A stretch of 58,603 bases of DNA from Euryarchaeota archaeon UBA170. Lineage in GTDB: Archaea; Thermoplasmatota; Poseidoniia; Poseidoniales; Thalassarchaeaceae. The position numbers and the translations under genes were made by a program. The notes beneath the pieces were generated by a model, which saw only the letters and a list, made by a program, of their open reading frames with translations, had not been told where the DNA came from and made no database searches. The stretch is from contig DALF01000050.1 in assembly GCA_002499345.1 (NCBI GenBank), positions 14,923 to 73,525 on the forward strand. The letters run 5' to 3'. Shown here one piece after another: positions 1-9,400 of this stretch. The stretch's first letter is position 1. Every line of letters starts with the position of its first letter.

Positions 1-566
1 CTCGTGAAGTTGAATGGGGTGATCGAGAGAACAAATCCCTCTAGAGGCCTGATCTCTGTCGAGTTCACAACTCCCTCTGGGGAGACTAATGGCTGGAAGT
101 CATCATGAAATCCCCTTGCATAGTGGCAGTTGAACCTCCAGAAGTCTATGAGCTCACAGGCGGAATCAATCTCTGCTTGGAATGCGGTCTTGGACTGGTT
201 GAGCATGGTTGAAGCATTGACCCTCATCCTCCACTCTCCTGCTAGGAGGTCGGCGCACTTCTCGAAGATTTTGCATCTTTCCTCCAGTCCGATTTCAATC
301 CAGGATTTCTGAGCGTTAACTGCAGCTGAGCAAGCTGATTCCATCTCCCTCCTACCAGCCAGATGGACATTCGCAAGAATGTGCCCGTGGCTGTGTGGGA
401 TGACCTGCGGTATCGTGTCACCGGTGAAAACCTCCTCTCCGTTGATTATGCAGGGTATCTCGATAACCTCGGACATCTGCCTGTCAATCTCTTGGATTAT
501 GGAGTTCCTTTCAGGGCTTCCCGGGGCATATCCCAGTATAGGCTCATTCAGTGGTTGCACAGTCAT
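1..566 (-). CDS. pruA: delta-1-pyrroline-5-carboxylate (L-glutamate gamma-semialdehyde) dehydrogenase, N-terminal part; the gene runs off the left edge
   Basis: Absent from the ORF track because it is truncated by the window edge. The minus-strand ATG at 566-564 opens a frame that stays open to base 1. Hand translation: MTVQPLNEPILGYAPGSPERNSIIQEIDRQ...ERCKIFEKCADLLAGEW...NASTMLNQSKTAFQAEIDSACELIDFWRFNCHYA...PLEGFVLSITPFNFT. This matches the conserved N-terminal half of ALDH4-type P5C dehydrogenases. Confidence 0.8.
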   Translation of the reverse strand, partial: MTVQPLNEPILGYAPGSPERNSIIQEIDRQMSEVIEIPCIINGEEVFTGDTIPQVIPHSHGHILANVHLAGRREMESACSAAVNAQKSWIEIGLEERCKIFEKCADLLAGEWRMRVNASTMLNQSKTAFQAEIDSACELIDFWRFNCHYARGFHDDFQPLVSPEGVVNSTEIRPLEGFVLSITPFNFT

Positions 567-627
567 GGTGTTCGCTGATGACGCCCATCTAACATTGTTA
601 CTGTTTGGGAGCCCGGGTTGTTTTATC

Positions 628-1233
628 CTATTGCCACCATTTCTTATCGTCTTCAGTCGGCTCTAATTCCTCAATTGAAACCCACTGTCCATCATCAACA
701 TTCCACTGCTTCCGGCCAATAGGGAGTTCAAATCCCTCGTAGGGAAACCATCCTCCGTCGAACCAGTCCCTTCTACCGGAGTCATCTCGGTCATCGAGAC
801 TCCAGCCGGCCGCCCCTCCCTCGTTCTGAGCGTAGTAGTAGAGTCGATGGAGGGTTTCCTCTTTCCTATACCAATCCCTGCCGTTTATTGCTTCTGACTG
901 CCTGAAAAACGCTCCGATGTATGATTGATCTGGGTGCTCAGTGATTGATATCGCATCTGGCCCGGGAGGTAGTTCTCTGGGAATTGAAGTTGGATCCTTG
1001 GGGCCTATGATTCCCGTCCTTATCATACTCAGGCCCATGAATTGAACGAAGAGCCCTGCCATCAAGAATGGAATTACGAAAGCGATCATGAACAGAGCAG
1101 CAAATGGGTATGAAGGGTCAATGGCGCCATCCAAGAAAATCATGAATGGTACTAATGTGAATGGCAATCCAAAAAAGAATAAGAATATGCCCATGAATAC
1201 CGGCGCTATTCTATTTGTAAGTAAATCATCCAT
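628..1233 (-). CDS. hypothetical membrane protein (N-terminal TM bundle, acidic Trp/Tyr-rich C-terminal domain)
   Basis: ATG start. The N-terminal half is hydrophobic (VFMGIFLFFFGLPFTLVPFMIFL, FAALFMIAFVIPFLMAGLFVQFMGL). The C-terminal half is acidic and W/Y-rich (DWFDGGWFPYEGF, KQWNVDDGQWVSIEE). No family recognised. Confidence 0.5.
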   Translation of the reverse strand: MDDLLTNRIAPVFMGIFLFFFGLPFTLVPFMIFLDGAIDPSYPFAALFMIAFVIPFLMAGLFVQFMGLSMIRTGIIGPKDPTSIPRELPPGPDAISITEHPDQSYIGAFFRQSEAINGRDWYRKEETLHRLYYYAQNEGGAAGWSLDDRDDSGRRDWFDGGWFPYEGFELPIGRKQWNVDDGQWVSIEELEPTEDDKKWWQ

Positions 1234-1254
1234 ATTTACACAGCTCTAGGGCGG

Positions 1255-1539
1255 TCATGACCATTCAGTGGGCTCATCCTTCTTCGCCTTCTTCCAAGTA
1301 CGGTAGCATGACTTGCATATTTTGACCCTCCTAGAGTCGCTACTCAGGCCGGATTCGCCCCATACATCGGCCGCTCTGTCGAAGGCGAGCTTTCTGCCGC
1401 CCACTTTCTTGTCGGCCCAGTTTTTGCAACCAGAGACATCGCACTTCACTTGGCCGATGAATTCCTCTGAGGACTTCTTCGAGGAGCTGTCGCTCCCGGA
1501 TTGTTGCCTCTTCTTGCGGGCGTTGGACTTGAAACCCAT
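1255..1539 (-). CDS. small basic putative zinc-ribbon protein
   Basis: Lys/Arg-rich product with two Cys pairs (KCDVSGC ... CKSC). The ORF-track start at 1545 is GTG; the first ATG is at 1539. No family recognised. Confidence 0.45.
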   Translation of the reverse strand: MGFKSNARKKRQQSGSDSSSKKSSEEFIGQVKCDVSGCKNWADKKVGGRKLAFDRAADVWGESGLSSDSRRVKICKSCYRTWKKAKKDEPTEWS

Positions 1540-1562
1540 AGGCACGCGTCCAAGCGTGGCAA

Positions 1563-2909
1563 TTAGAAGGTTGTCACTTCAGGCTCGGTGTCAAAAGGCC
1601 CGCCACGGCTAGCGATTGATGCCCTTCTGTCGGGACCTACCCCTATGCTCACGATTGGAATACCAGATAATTGCTCAATTCTCCTGACATACGACAATGC
1701 TTCTTCAGGAAGGGCCTCGAACCCTTGTCCCTCACTTCTGGATAGTTCGGCCATCGCTATCCACTCCTCCTCGGATAGTGCGGGAAATCCTGGATGTCGC
1801 TCATATACAGGCTTACATCTCGCCAGTTCTTCGCAACTAGTAGGCATGTAGTCGACAGTCTGTCCATCTAGTTCGTAACCAGTGCATAACATCAACTCAT
1901 CTAAGCCACCCAATACGTCTAGTTTGGTGAGTACGATGCCAGTATATCCATTCACTCTATGGCTATCGGAGAGAGATACCATGTCCAGCCAACCTGTCCT
2001 TCTTGGCCTTCCCGTGGTAGTGCCGAACTCGTGGCCGACCATTGCCATGTGATTGCCTGGGCCTTCTTCGTAAGGTAGCTCAGTAGGAAACGGACCATTT
2101 CCTACTCTAGTTGTGTAGGCCTTGGAAATACCGAAGCAATTCTCGACGTGCCCTGGGTGTATTCCAGCTCCATGAGTGGCGTTCGCCCTACTGGTTACTG
2201 AGGACGTGACGAAAGGATAGGTTCCTTGGTCGATATCTAGCATCGCTCCCTGAGCGCCTTCCAGAAGTACGTTCTCACCGTCCTCCAGAGCCCTGTGAAT
2301 CATTCTCCCAGTTTGCCTGATGGCATTCCCATACCTCTCCAATATCCATCTCAAATGAGATACTAGATCTTGTTTTTCCACTCTTTGCGATACGCCTACT
2401 GAATCTAGTTGCTTATTCATTCTGGAGATGGTTTCTTCCACTTTTGCCTCGTCATCGAGGAAGTAGGGGATATCGACGAATCTGATACCTACTCTCTCGA
2501 TGCGGTCCCTGTAGGCCGGCCCTATCCCCCTTCCTGTCGTGCCTACTATCTTATCAGCACTGTCGTACAACCTATGGAAAGGAAGTATCACCGACGCCCT
2601 TTCGCTGATGAATAGCCTCTCTCCCTCTGGCCTCTCTTTTGTCAGGGCGAACCATCTATCGAGCTCTTCTTCCAAAACCCATGGATCGATGACCATTCCA
2701 TCTCCGAGAATAAGGTTACAGTTAGGGGAAGTGACTCCTGAAGGTATCTGATGGAGCTTCAGCGTCGTATCTCCGAGTACAATAGTATGGCCTGCGTTGT
2801 TCCCCCCTTGGAATCTGACAGCCCAAGTTGAGTCGGCGGCGAGTTGGTCTATGGCCTTGCCCTTACCCTCATCCCCCCACTGGGCTCCGAGTACTACGCT
2901 GGCTGGCAC
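1563..2909 (-). CDS. purA: adenylosuccinate synthetase
   Basis: Motifs GAQWGDEGKGK, GGNNAGHT, TTGRGIGPAY and GTTTGRPRR. The maximal ORF (to 3035) adds about 42 non-conserved residues and overlaps the L40e gene. In-frame GTG at 2909-2907 gives (M)PASVVLGAQWGDEGKGK, a typical PurA N-terminus. Confidence 0.9.
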   Translation of the reverse strand: MPASVVLGAQWGDEGKGKAIDQLAADSTWAVRFQGGNNAGHTIVLGDTTLKLHQIPSGVTSPNCNLILGDGMVIDPWVLEEELDRWFALTKERPEGERLFISERASVILPFHRLYDSADKIVGTTGRGIGPAYRDRIERVGIRFVDIPYFLDDEAKVEETISRMNKQLDSVGVSQRVEKQDLVSHLRWILERYGNAIRQTGRMIHRALEDGENVLLEGAQGAMLDIDQGTYPFVTSSVTSRANATHGAGIHPGHVENCFGISKAYTTRVGNGPFPTELPYEEGPGNHMAMVGHEFGTTTGRPRRTGWLDMVSLSDSHRVNGYTGIVLTKLDVLGGLDELMLCTGYELDGQTVDYMPTSCEELARCKPVYERHPGFPALSEEEWIAMAELSRSEGQGFEALPEEALSYVRRIEQLSGIPIVSIGVGPDRRASIASRGGPFDTEPEVTTF

Positions 2910-3020
2910 CGGACGGGCTCCAATGCAGGGGGTGTTTGAATGCTTTGGAAGCAATGGGCGGTTACAGATACTGAAATTTATCACGAAGCGGTTATGTAGG
3001 GCTGGTAGGTCGGCGGGTTG

Positions 3021-3179
3021 ATGGCACAGCGGCACCCGGTAGCTGAAGCGCGTCTACTAAAGAAGTGGATATGCATGAAGTGCTCCGCCACCCACCGTGG
3101 GACAAAGGCTCCGCGTGCATGTAGAAAGTGTGGCTACAAGAACTTCAGACAGAAGGCTTCTGAGAGAAGAAAGACTTGA
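3021..3179 (+). CDS. rpl40e: 50S ribosomal protein L40e
   Basis: Below the ORF-track size cutoff. Hand translation from ATG 3021 to TGA 3177-3179: MAQRHPVAEARLLKKWICMKCSATHRGTKAPRACRKCGYKNFRQKASERRKT (52 aa). It has the archaeal L40e pattern: EAR, basic residues, ICM.C, then C.KCGY, then a basic tail. Confidence 0.85.
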   Translation: MAQRHPVAEARLLKKWICMKCSATHRGTKAPRACRKCGYKNFRQKASERRKT

Positions 3180-3182
3180 GTC

Positions 3183-3461
3183 TTACTTGGTCCTCTTGTA
3201 CTCCGCCATTAAAGTCTCTAGAGCAGTCTGAATCTGCAGACATAGCGGGCCATAGTGGATTGGAAGGTTTGTATCATTGAATATCTCATCTAGCTTTGAG
3301 GCGGTCATGCCAAGCCTCACATCCATATCCTTGCCCTTATTCAGGAGCCATTGATCTACAGCATCCTTAGCAGAGGCCCTGATATTTCTCGGGACCTGAG
3401 TATCGTCTAGCTGACCCAATACTTGGGCTATCTGCTGAATTCTGGTCTCGACGTCTGACAA
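3183..3461 (-). CDS. UPF0147 family protein (archaeal)
   Basis: DDTQVPRNIRASAKDAVDQW ... KLDEIFNDTNLPIHYGP ... LETL matches the remembered UPF0147 pattern (D.SVPRNIRR.A, then L.EIS.DPNMP.H). The start codon is TTG and no earlier ATG exists. Confidence 0.75.
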   Translation of the reverse strand: MSDVETRIQQIAQVLGQLDDTQVPRNIRASAKDAVDQWLLNKGKDMDVRLGMTASKLDEIFNDTNLPIHYGPLCLQIQTALETLMAEYKRTK

Positions 3462-3514
3462 GTTACCACCAGCTCTACGAGCAAAGGGCCCTCCTTAAGC
3501 ACATCCCCCTAGAG

Positions 3515-4306
3515 TTAGTCCTCAATCCATGAAGCCCATGGCATCACAGTATTCGACAGACCAACTCCTGGCCCCTCATTTCCCAGTGCTATCAAGCCCA
3601 CGGAAGCGCCGTTCGGAATAAGCTCGTCCAGTCCCCAACGCATCGCCTCCATCAGCGAGTCGCACTGCGATGAGGATACCCTATTACTCACTCTGTAACT
3701 CAGTAGAGCCTTCGTAATCTCTTCTCCCTCTCCGGTGGCGGCAACAGATCTAGAATTCTCAACCCAGAAACCGGATCCCGGCAGGGGGACGTCACCTACT
3801 CTTCCGGGGGGCCTATGGCTACATCCGCCAGTACTGGTTGCGCATGCCATCTCCCCCGATGAGTCCCTGACGATGACCCCTACGGTATCTCCGTCTCCCT
3901 CAATCGGCTCCCTGCCCTCTACGGCCCTATTGACATGCCCTCTCTCGTCTGCCCACGCCCTTGCTCCTGAGCCAGTGAGGCCATTGATTGGCTCATCCAA
4001 AAGGCTCGCTGCCACTCGTATTGGGTTTGGCGTATCTGACATAGCTATGACAAATCCTATCCTTCCATCGCTAGTTTGTATTGAGGCGTCGAGTAGCACC
4101 GAGCCGTCATTCCTGAAGACCCCCCCGGTGCCAGCGTTGAATACCGGATCATCCTCCAAGATAACACATGCTTCGACTGCTGCCTCTATGGCGGACGATC
4201 CTGATAGGAGGAGCTCCGAGGCCACATCCACCGCTCTCTGCAGATTTGTTTGTCTTTCAGGCCCTGGACCGGCCCCTCCATGTGCCACGACCGCCATCTT
4301 CACCAT
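3515..4306 (-). CDS. isoaspartyl peptidase / L-asparaginase (Ntn-hydrolase, asparaginase-2 family)
   Basis: AVVAHGGAG N-terminus, GDTVGVIVRD (autoprocessing Thr region), ATSTGG, GEGEEI. Confidence 0.8.
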   Translation of the reverse strand: MVKMAVVAHGGAGPGPERQTNLQRAVDVASELLLSGSSAIEAAVEACVILEDDPVFNAGTGGVFRNDGSVLLDASIQTSDGRIGFVIAMSDTPNPIRVAASLLDEPINGLTGSGARAWADERGHVNRAVEGREPIEGDGDTVGVIVRDSSGEMACATSTGGCSHRPPGRVGDVPLPGSGFWVENSRSVAATGEGEEITKALLSYRVSNRVSSSQCDSLMEAMRWGLDELIPNGASVGLIALGNEGPGVGLSNTVMPWASWIED

Positions 4307-4353
4307 TGCTGTGCCCCGCTGTGCGTGGCGTAGGAGGGCCTTAGTTAGAACGG

Positions 4354-6408
4354 TCAGGCCGATGGTTGATTACCGTGCGGGGATGAGAAAGTATCGATGA
4401 CATTCGCCAGTCTTTCGACGAGGCTGACCTTTTCTTCAGCACCCACCAAAGCGTACTGCAGTACTTCATCCAAGGAGTCGACAGGCCTTATGGTGACCAT
4501 GGATTCATACTTCTCGTCTATTAGGACGTCCTGAAGGTTTGACCTAGGGATTATTATTGTCTCGATTCCTGCCTTGGCGGCGGCTTCGATCTTTGCTGTT
4601 ACTCCTCCGATCGGCAATACTTCGCCCCTAACAGAGAGTGATCCGGTCATAGCTAGATTCTGCTCTATCGGGACACCTTCAAACGCGCTTATGATGGCAG
4701 TAGCCATTGTTATAGATGCACTGTCGCCATCTACATTGTGAGTACCTGGGAATTGAACGTGCAAATCGAAATCCTTGATGTCCTTGCCAGTTAGTTTCTT
4801 CACTACTGCACTGATATTGGTAACGCTCTCCTTGGCCAAATCAGACAGTCCTCCAGTGGCGATTACCTGTCCTGACCTACCTTGAGAAGGAGTAACCATG
4901 GCCTCAACTGGAAGGACTACTCCAGAGAAGTCGGAAAGGCCACTGTCGGCACCCAGAACTGCTAGTCCGTTCACCCTGCCAACCCTAGTTCCGCGATTCA
5001 CTAGCATGGCATACTCTGACTGCCTCTCGAGATATCTATCAGCTATTTGCTGCTCTAGGGGTTTTGCAATGGCCCTTGCCCTTGAGATATGTTCGGCCCT
5101 CACTAGCTCGGCGCCTTCTTCCGAAGCTAGATCGCCTGCGATTCTAACCAATCCACCAAGCTCTCTGAGTCTCAGTGAAAGCCTACCTCTCCTGCCACTT
5201 CTTCTCTGGGCTTCCTTTAGGATGAGTCCTATCGACTCCCTATTGAAATGAGGTATCGCCCTTCCAGAATCCTTCTTTTTCTCGTTCTTGACTTCTTGGG
5301 CGATGAATCTTACTAGCCTTCTTCTGTTCCTCTCAGTATCCCTCATGTCTGTATTAACATAGACTTCGTAACCATATCCCCTAATCCTACTCCTGAGGGC
5401 TGGATGCATCTGCTGGATACTGTCGAGGTTTCCTGCGGCTACTAAAATGAAGTTTGTGGGAACTGGCTCTGACTTGGTTAGTGCCCCGGAAGATCTCTCG
5501 GAGCGTCCACTGATTGATAGCTCGCTTTCCTGCATTGCCACCAGCAGTGCTTGTTGCTCCTCCATCCTCAGCATTCTAATTTCATCGATGTAGAGGACTC
5601 CTTTGTTCGCCCTGTGGACGGCCCCTGGCTCGACCCTCTCATGCGCGGGAGTTGCTAGGTCGGCACCGGACTGGAATGGGTCGTGCCTTACATCTCCGAG
5701 TAGGGCTCCGGCGAGAGTTCCAGTGGCATCAATGAAAGGCGGATCATCATTTCTACCTCTCTTGATGAGTAGTTTTGGTATGTTAGACTCGTCTCCTGCT
5801 GTGAGTCTGGTTCTGAGGAAGAAGTACCCAAAAATTAGAAGGAAAGCCCCGAAAATGAGTGTCATTATGTCCCCTGTCTGCAACACCGCTAGGAGAAGGG
5901 CGGCACCGATTACCATTACCACGAATAGCAGGGTCCTGTTGGTCCTCTCTCTCTGAATCCTAATCTGAGCCTTTCTCTCAGATATAATGGCTGACCCCCT
6001 TCCAGCGGGAACGGTACGAACCCTGGGCTCGTTCTCGTCTTCGGTATTCCTGTAGACCAGAACATCTTCCATACTATCCTTAGGTAGAAACTCTGTCATT
6101 GACCTAGCTAGCATTGATTTACCGGTACCTGGTTCACCGACCATAATCATGTGCCTTCTCTGCTCGGCGGCCTTTCTGACCACAATTGAGGCGGCTTCTT
6201 GCCCGATAACTTGATCGACTAGGTTTTCTGGGATGGGGACCTCTTCTGTTGAAGATATTTTTAGCTCAGATACCCATGCTTCGACAGGGGTTTCACAAAT
6301 GGGGTCCTTGTCTTCACCTACACCGAAAGCAGGCCCTTCTTCCCATGTATCAAGATACTCATCGACATCTGACTCGATAGCGGAGTCGGTCTGATCTTCA
6401 TCTCCCAT
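4354..6408 (-). CDS. lonB: archaeal membrane-bound Lon protease (LonB)
   Basis: Walker A GEPGTGKSM. Two TM helices are inserted in the AAA+ domain (LLFVVMVIGAALLLAVL, LIFGAFLLIFGYFFL). The C-terminal Lon protease domain has DGDSASITMATAIISA and TAKIEAAAKAG. The ORF-track start 6414 is GTG; ATG at 6408. Confidence 0.9.
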   Translation of the reverse strand: MGDEDQTDSAIESDVDEYLDTWEEGPAFGVGEDKDPICETPVEAWVSELKISSTEEVPIPENLVDQVIGQEAASIVVRKAAEQRRHMIMVGEPGTGKSMLARSMTEFLPKDSMEDVLVYRNTEDENEPRVRTVPAGRGSAIISERKAQIRIQRERTNRTLLFVVMVIGAALLLAVLQTGDIMTLIFGAFLLIFGYFFLRTRLTAGDESNIPKLLIKRGRNDDPPFIDATGTLAGALLGDVRHDPFQSGADLATPAHERVEPGAVHRANKGVLYIDEIRMLRMEEQQALLVAMQESELSISGRSERSSGALTKSEPVPTNFILVAAGNLDSIQQMHPALRSRIRGYGYEVYVNTDMRDTERNRRRLVRFIAQEVKNEKKKDSGRAIPHFNRESIGLILKEAQRRSGRRGRLSLRLRELGGLVRIAGDLASEEGAELVRAEHISRARAIAKPLEQQIADRYLERQSEYAMLVNRGTRVGRVNGLAVLGADSGLSDFSGVVLPVEAMVTPSQGRSGQVIATGGLSDLAKESVTNISAVVKKLTGKDIKDFDLHVQFPGTHNVDGDSASITMATAIISAFEGVPIEQNLAMTGSLSVRGEVLPIGGVTAKIEAAAKAGIETIIIPRSNLQDVLIDEKYESMVTIRPVDSLDEVLQYALVGAEEKVSLVERLANVIDTFSSPHGNQPSA

Positions 6409-6482
6409 GGGCACGCCTCATGATTACCTGATGACAGCACCTTCTTGAAGGTGTGTTAACCGTGACGATGGAAGAAAGAGCG

Positions 6483-9400
6483 TCATCTGTCTCTAAAATT
6501 GGCACCACTGTAGAACTTGTCCAGATACTCTTCACCATAGTAATGCCACTGTTCCATGGTCCATCCGGGAGGGAGCCCCCCAGGAGGAAGAGGAGGGGTC
6601 ATTGGAGGAGGAGGCGGAGGAGCGGTATTGTAAACGGGTTTTGGGAGAATTTCCACAGGAGGTGGAAGATTAATCGCAGAGAGGGCTTCTTGATGATAAA
6701 TGGGGTTTCTCTTTGAGCTTCTCCTTGCGATAGAGTTGATGCCCCCTACCACGGCCACTAAAGCAATCAGAGCCACAACAGAAGCACTTGCTAGGAAAAT
6801 TGTGTCAGGAGATTCCTCGCCACTGTTATGCTGGTCATCGGGAGGCTGGCTTGAATCCACTCCTTGAGGAGCTACAGCATCGTACTTCATTTGCTCGGGC
6901 GTCCTTCTGTCGAAGCCGTTTTCATCCACTCCCCGGATGCTCAATGTGAAGTAATCCCCAGTACTGAGACCGCTTCCAGTGACTGGGAGAATGATGAAAG
7001 GACCCAGGTTGAATGAGGATCCAGCACTGTGGCAGATTCCTGTAATCTTGTTACAAACCGTCCAAGTCACCCTGATATCAGTCAGTGACTCATCGCCAAT
7101 GTTTGAGATTAACACGGTAGGAGTGTCCCCGATATCGAATGAGTCTATCTCTACCTCGAAGTTTTCATCCCAATCAAGCGGAATATCGTCGACAATCGTG
7201 TAACTCAGAGAGATGGTGGAAGATTCCCCATGGCGGTCTTCGGCAGTTATCTTAATACTGTCAGAACCTTCCTCTGGCCAGTTAGCAGTCATGATTCCGG
7301 TTATTGGGTCGTAAAACACTGCGCCTGGATAGTAGCTAGTTGCTGTTATCCAAATTTCTTCGTCTGGATCATCAATATCTGTAATCCTACTGATTAGATC
7401 TACTTCAGTTGTGACACCCATCTTCAAGGTGACATCTTCTATACCAGAAGTATCGATAATAGGGGCATCGTTGACATTCAAGACGTGGAAAGTTACTGTG
7501 GTGTCTGACGACTTATCGCCATCACTAGCCCTCAGAGAAATCTCCACGAGACCGTTTGAGTCGTCATCTAGTGAGTTGACGTTGATGGTTTGACCAAAAA
7601 TACTGGCTTCAACTAGGTTTTCATCGGATATCGACAATATTTCCACTGACACCCCTGAGACTGGGACCACTTGGCCATTATTGTTAGTATCAGATAGATA
7701 GTCAGTGAGGCCGAGACTAGCGGATCCTCCCTCGTGGAATGACTTGATGGGTATGGGTGACCACCTAGGTGCACCATTTTCTACGACATTGAACATCATC
7801 AAGCCAGTATTGGACTCATCCCCGTCATGGACACTGATTAGCATACCTTGTGGAATTGGTGAGCCTTGGCTATCGAGTAGTAGACTATCGAATCTTACCT
7901 CTATCTCTAATGAAGATGGGTTCCATCCTATGAACTCAGGCTCAGTGCTTGAGATTTCTAAATTGAAAAGAGAGGTTTCCGCGTCTGATACCAGTCCAAC
8001 TACTGAAACCATCTCACTGGTCTGCACCTTAACAGTAGGAACTCCGGCATAGGTCATGTCGCTATTGCCGAGTACTCTTGGCAGGGAGTTCTGTAGATAG
8101 AAGGCATTCTCGGAAGTTAGCCATTCACTTGTCTGCCCAGATGAGTCAGTCCATTTGATCCTTAGGTCATAGTACCCCATCGCTGCGTCTAGAGGAGTGT
8201 CGATGTCTAATGAATGCCTTGCATTATCACCTGATCCTATGATGGCGTGATTGGCAATCCAATCATTGCTCCACATGGAGGATGATGAGGGAGAGTATTC
8301 CAAAGATGGTTGCATAGTATATATGTCATCAACTAGATCATTGGAAATCGCTGAAACCTCGAAGCCAACTGCTGATCCCCTATCGACTGAAGTTGAGCCA
8401 CTAGAAGAAGGCTGGCTGGCGGTCGGTGGCATGTCATGCAAAGCGACCGCGTCTGAGATGTCGTTGGAAGGTCCCCGATCTCCGTCATTTCCTGAAATCT
8501 TTGCCCTAATTGTCGTTGATCCGAGAGCCGTTATATCGATATCAGTGGTATCCAAGAAAGCATTGTATGTGTGGAAACCGCCTACGGCGAAATCCCCTAT
8601 TGTGAAGGTGGATATCTCAATCTCGGATAGGCCGTCCATCCAGTTGATAGATAGTTGCCCACCCCCCTCATATTCCTCTACTCCATTGTTGGAAACTCTG
8701 CAAGAAATATCTAGAACATCTCCCGAAACGAATCCAGAGTTGCCATTTCTGTTTGAGATGATTATCTCTTCCACGCCTATGTCGACTAGAGGAATCATGC
8801 CCAAGTCTACAGCAGATAGGAAGTTGTTGTAGGTGGTGTGAGGACCATCCATCAATGCGAAAACGGGCCAGAAATTTTCGAACTGGGAGTACCCCCCACC
8901 AGCCCTTACTGCGCTCAGTGGGACTTGCCATGAGCTCTCTACGGGAGAATTAGGAGTTAGTGTGAGTTGTTCGAAGCCATTGTTGTGACTGGCCAGCATC
9001 CATTCCCTGAAACTGTGGTGGGGCTTTACGCCGTTGTCGTAAGCGTCGGGGCTGACCTTCTCAGTAATCGCCGCATACAGGAAAACTGATACTGAACTGA
9101 GGGAGCCCGTGTACATAGAATTTACAGTTACTGTTACTTGATTTGTGGATTGATCATATTGGACCTCCAACTGCATGGCGTAGTTTGACGTATCTGAATC
9201 CATACAACCTCCATTTGAATAGTCAGAGTCGTAATAATTTGTCCCCCCTGCGCCAATTTTGTAACATGTGCCTGATTGCTGGTCTGCAAAGGAAAATTTG
9301 GGAATTCCACCACCACCAGCTGAGACGTGGCTTCGGCGATTGATTGGACTATCATCAGGATAGCCGCTAGAGCTAGATTCGAAAAACGAAACAAAAGTGA

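Noticed and set aside
130-666. Plus-strand ORFs 130-312, 363-578 and 379-666 from the ORF track
   Set aside because: They lie antisense to the strongly supported partial pruA gene (1-566) or its upstream spacer. Their products are low-complexity with no motifs, so they are shadow ORFs.
3735-4400. 221-aa plus-strand ORF
   Set aside because: It is antisense to the asparaginase gene and to the lonB 3-prime end. The Ser/Pro/Ala-rich product is typical of a reverse-frame artefact.
6438-6453. Short inverted repeat CACCTTCTTGAAGGTG between the adhesin stop and the lonB start
   Set aside because: The stem is only 6-7 bp with a minimal loop. Archaeal termination does not require hairpins, and the repeat is too weak to call a feature.
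6486-6737. Eukaryote-style short linear motifs in the adhesin tail (NPIY resembling NPxY, PPLPP, LPPGW resembling the start of a WW domain)
   Set aside because: Four- or five-residue motifs are expected by chance in a Pro-rich tail. LPPGWTMEQWHYYG is too short to be a WW domain. It is kept only as part of the general tail observation.
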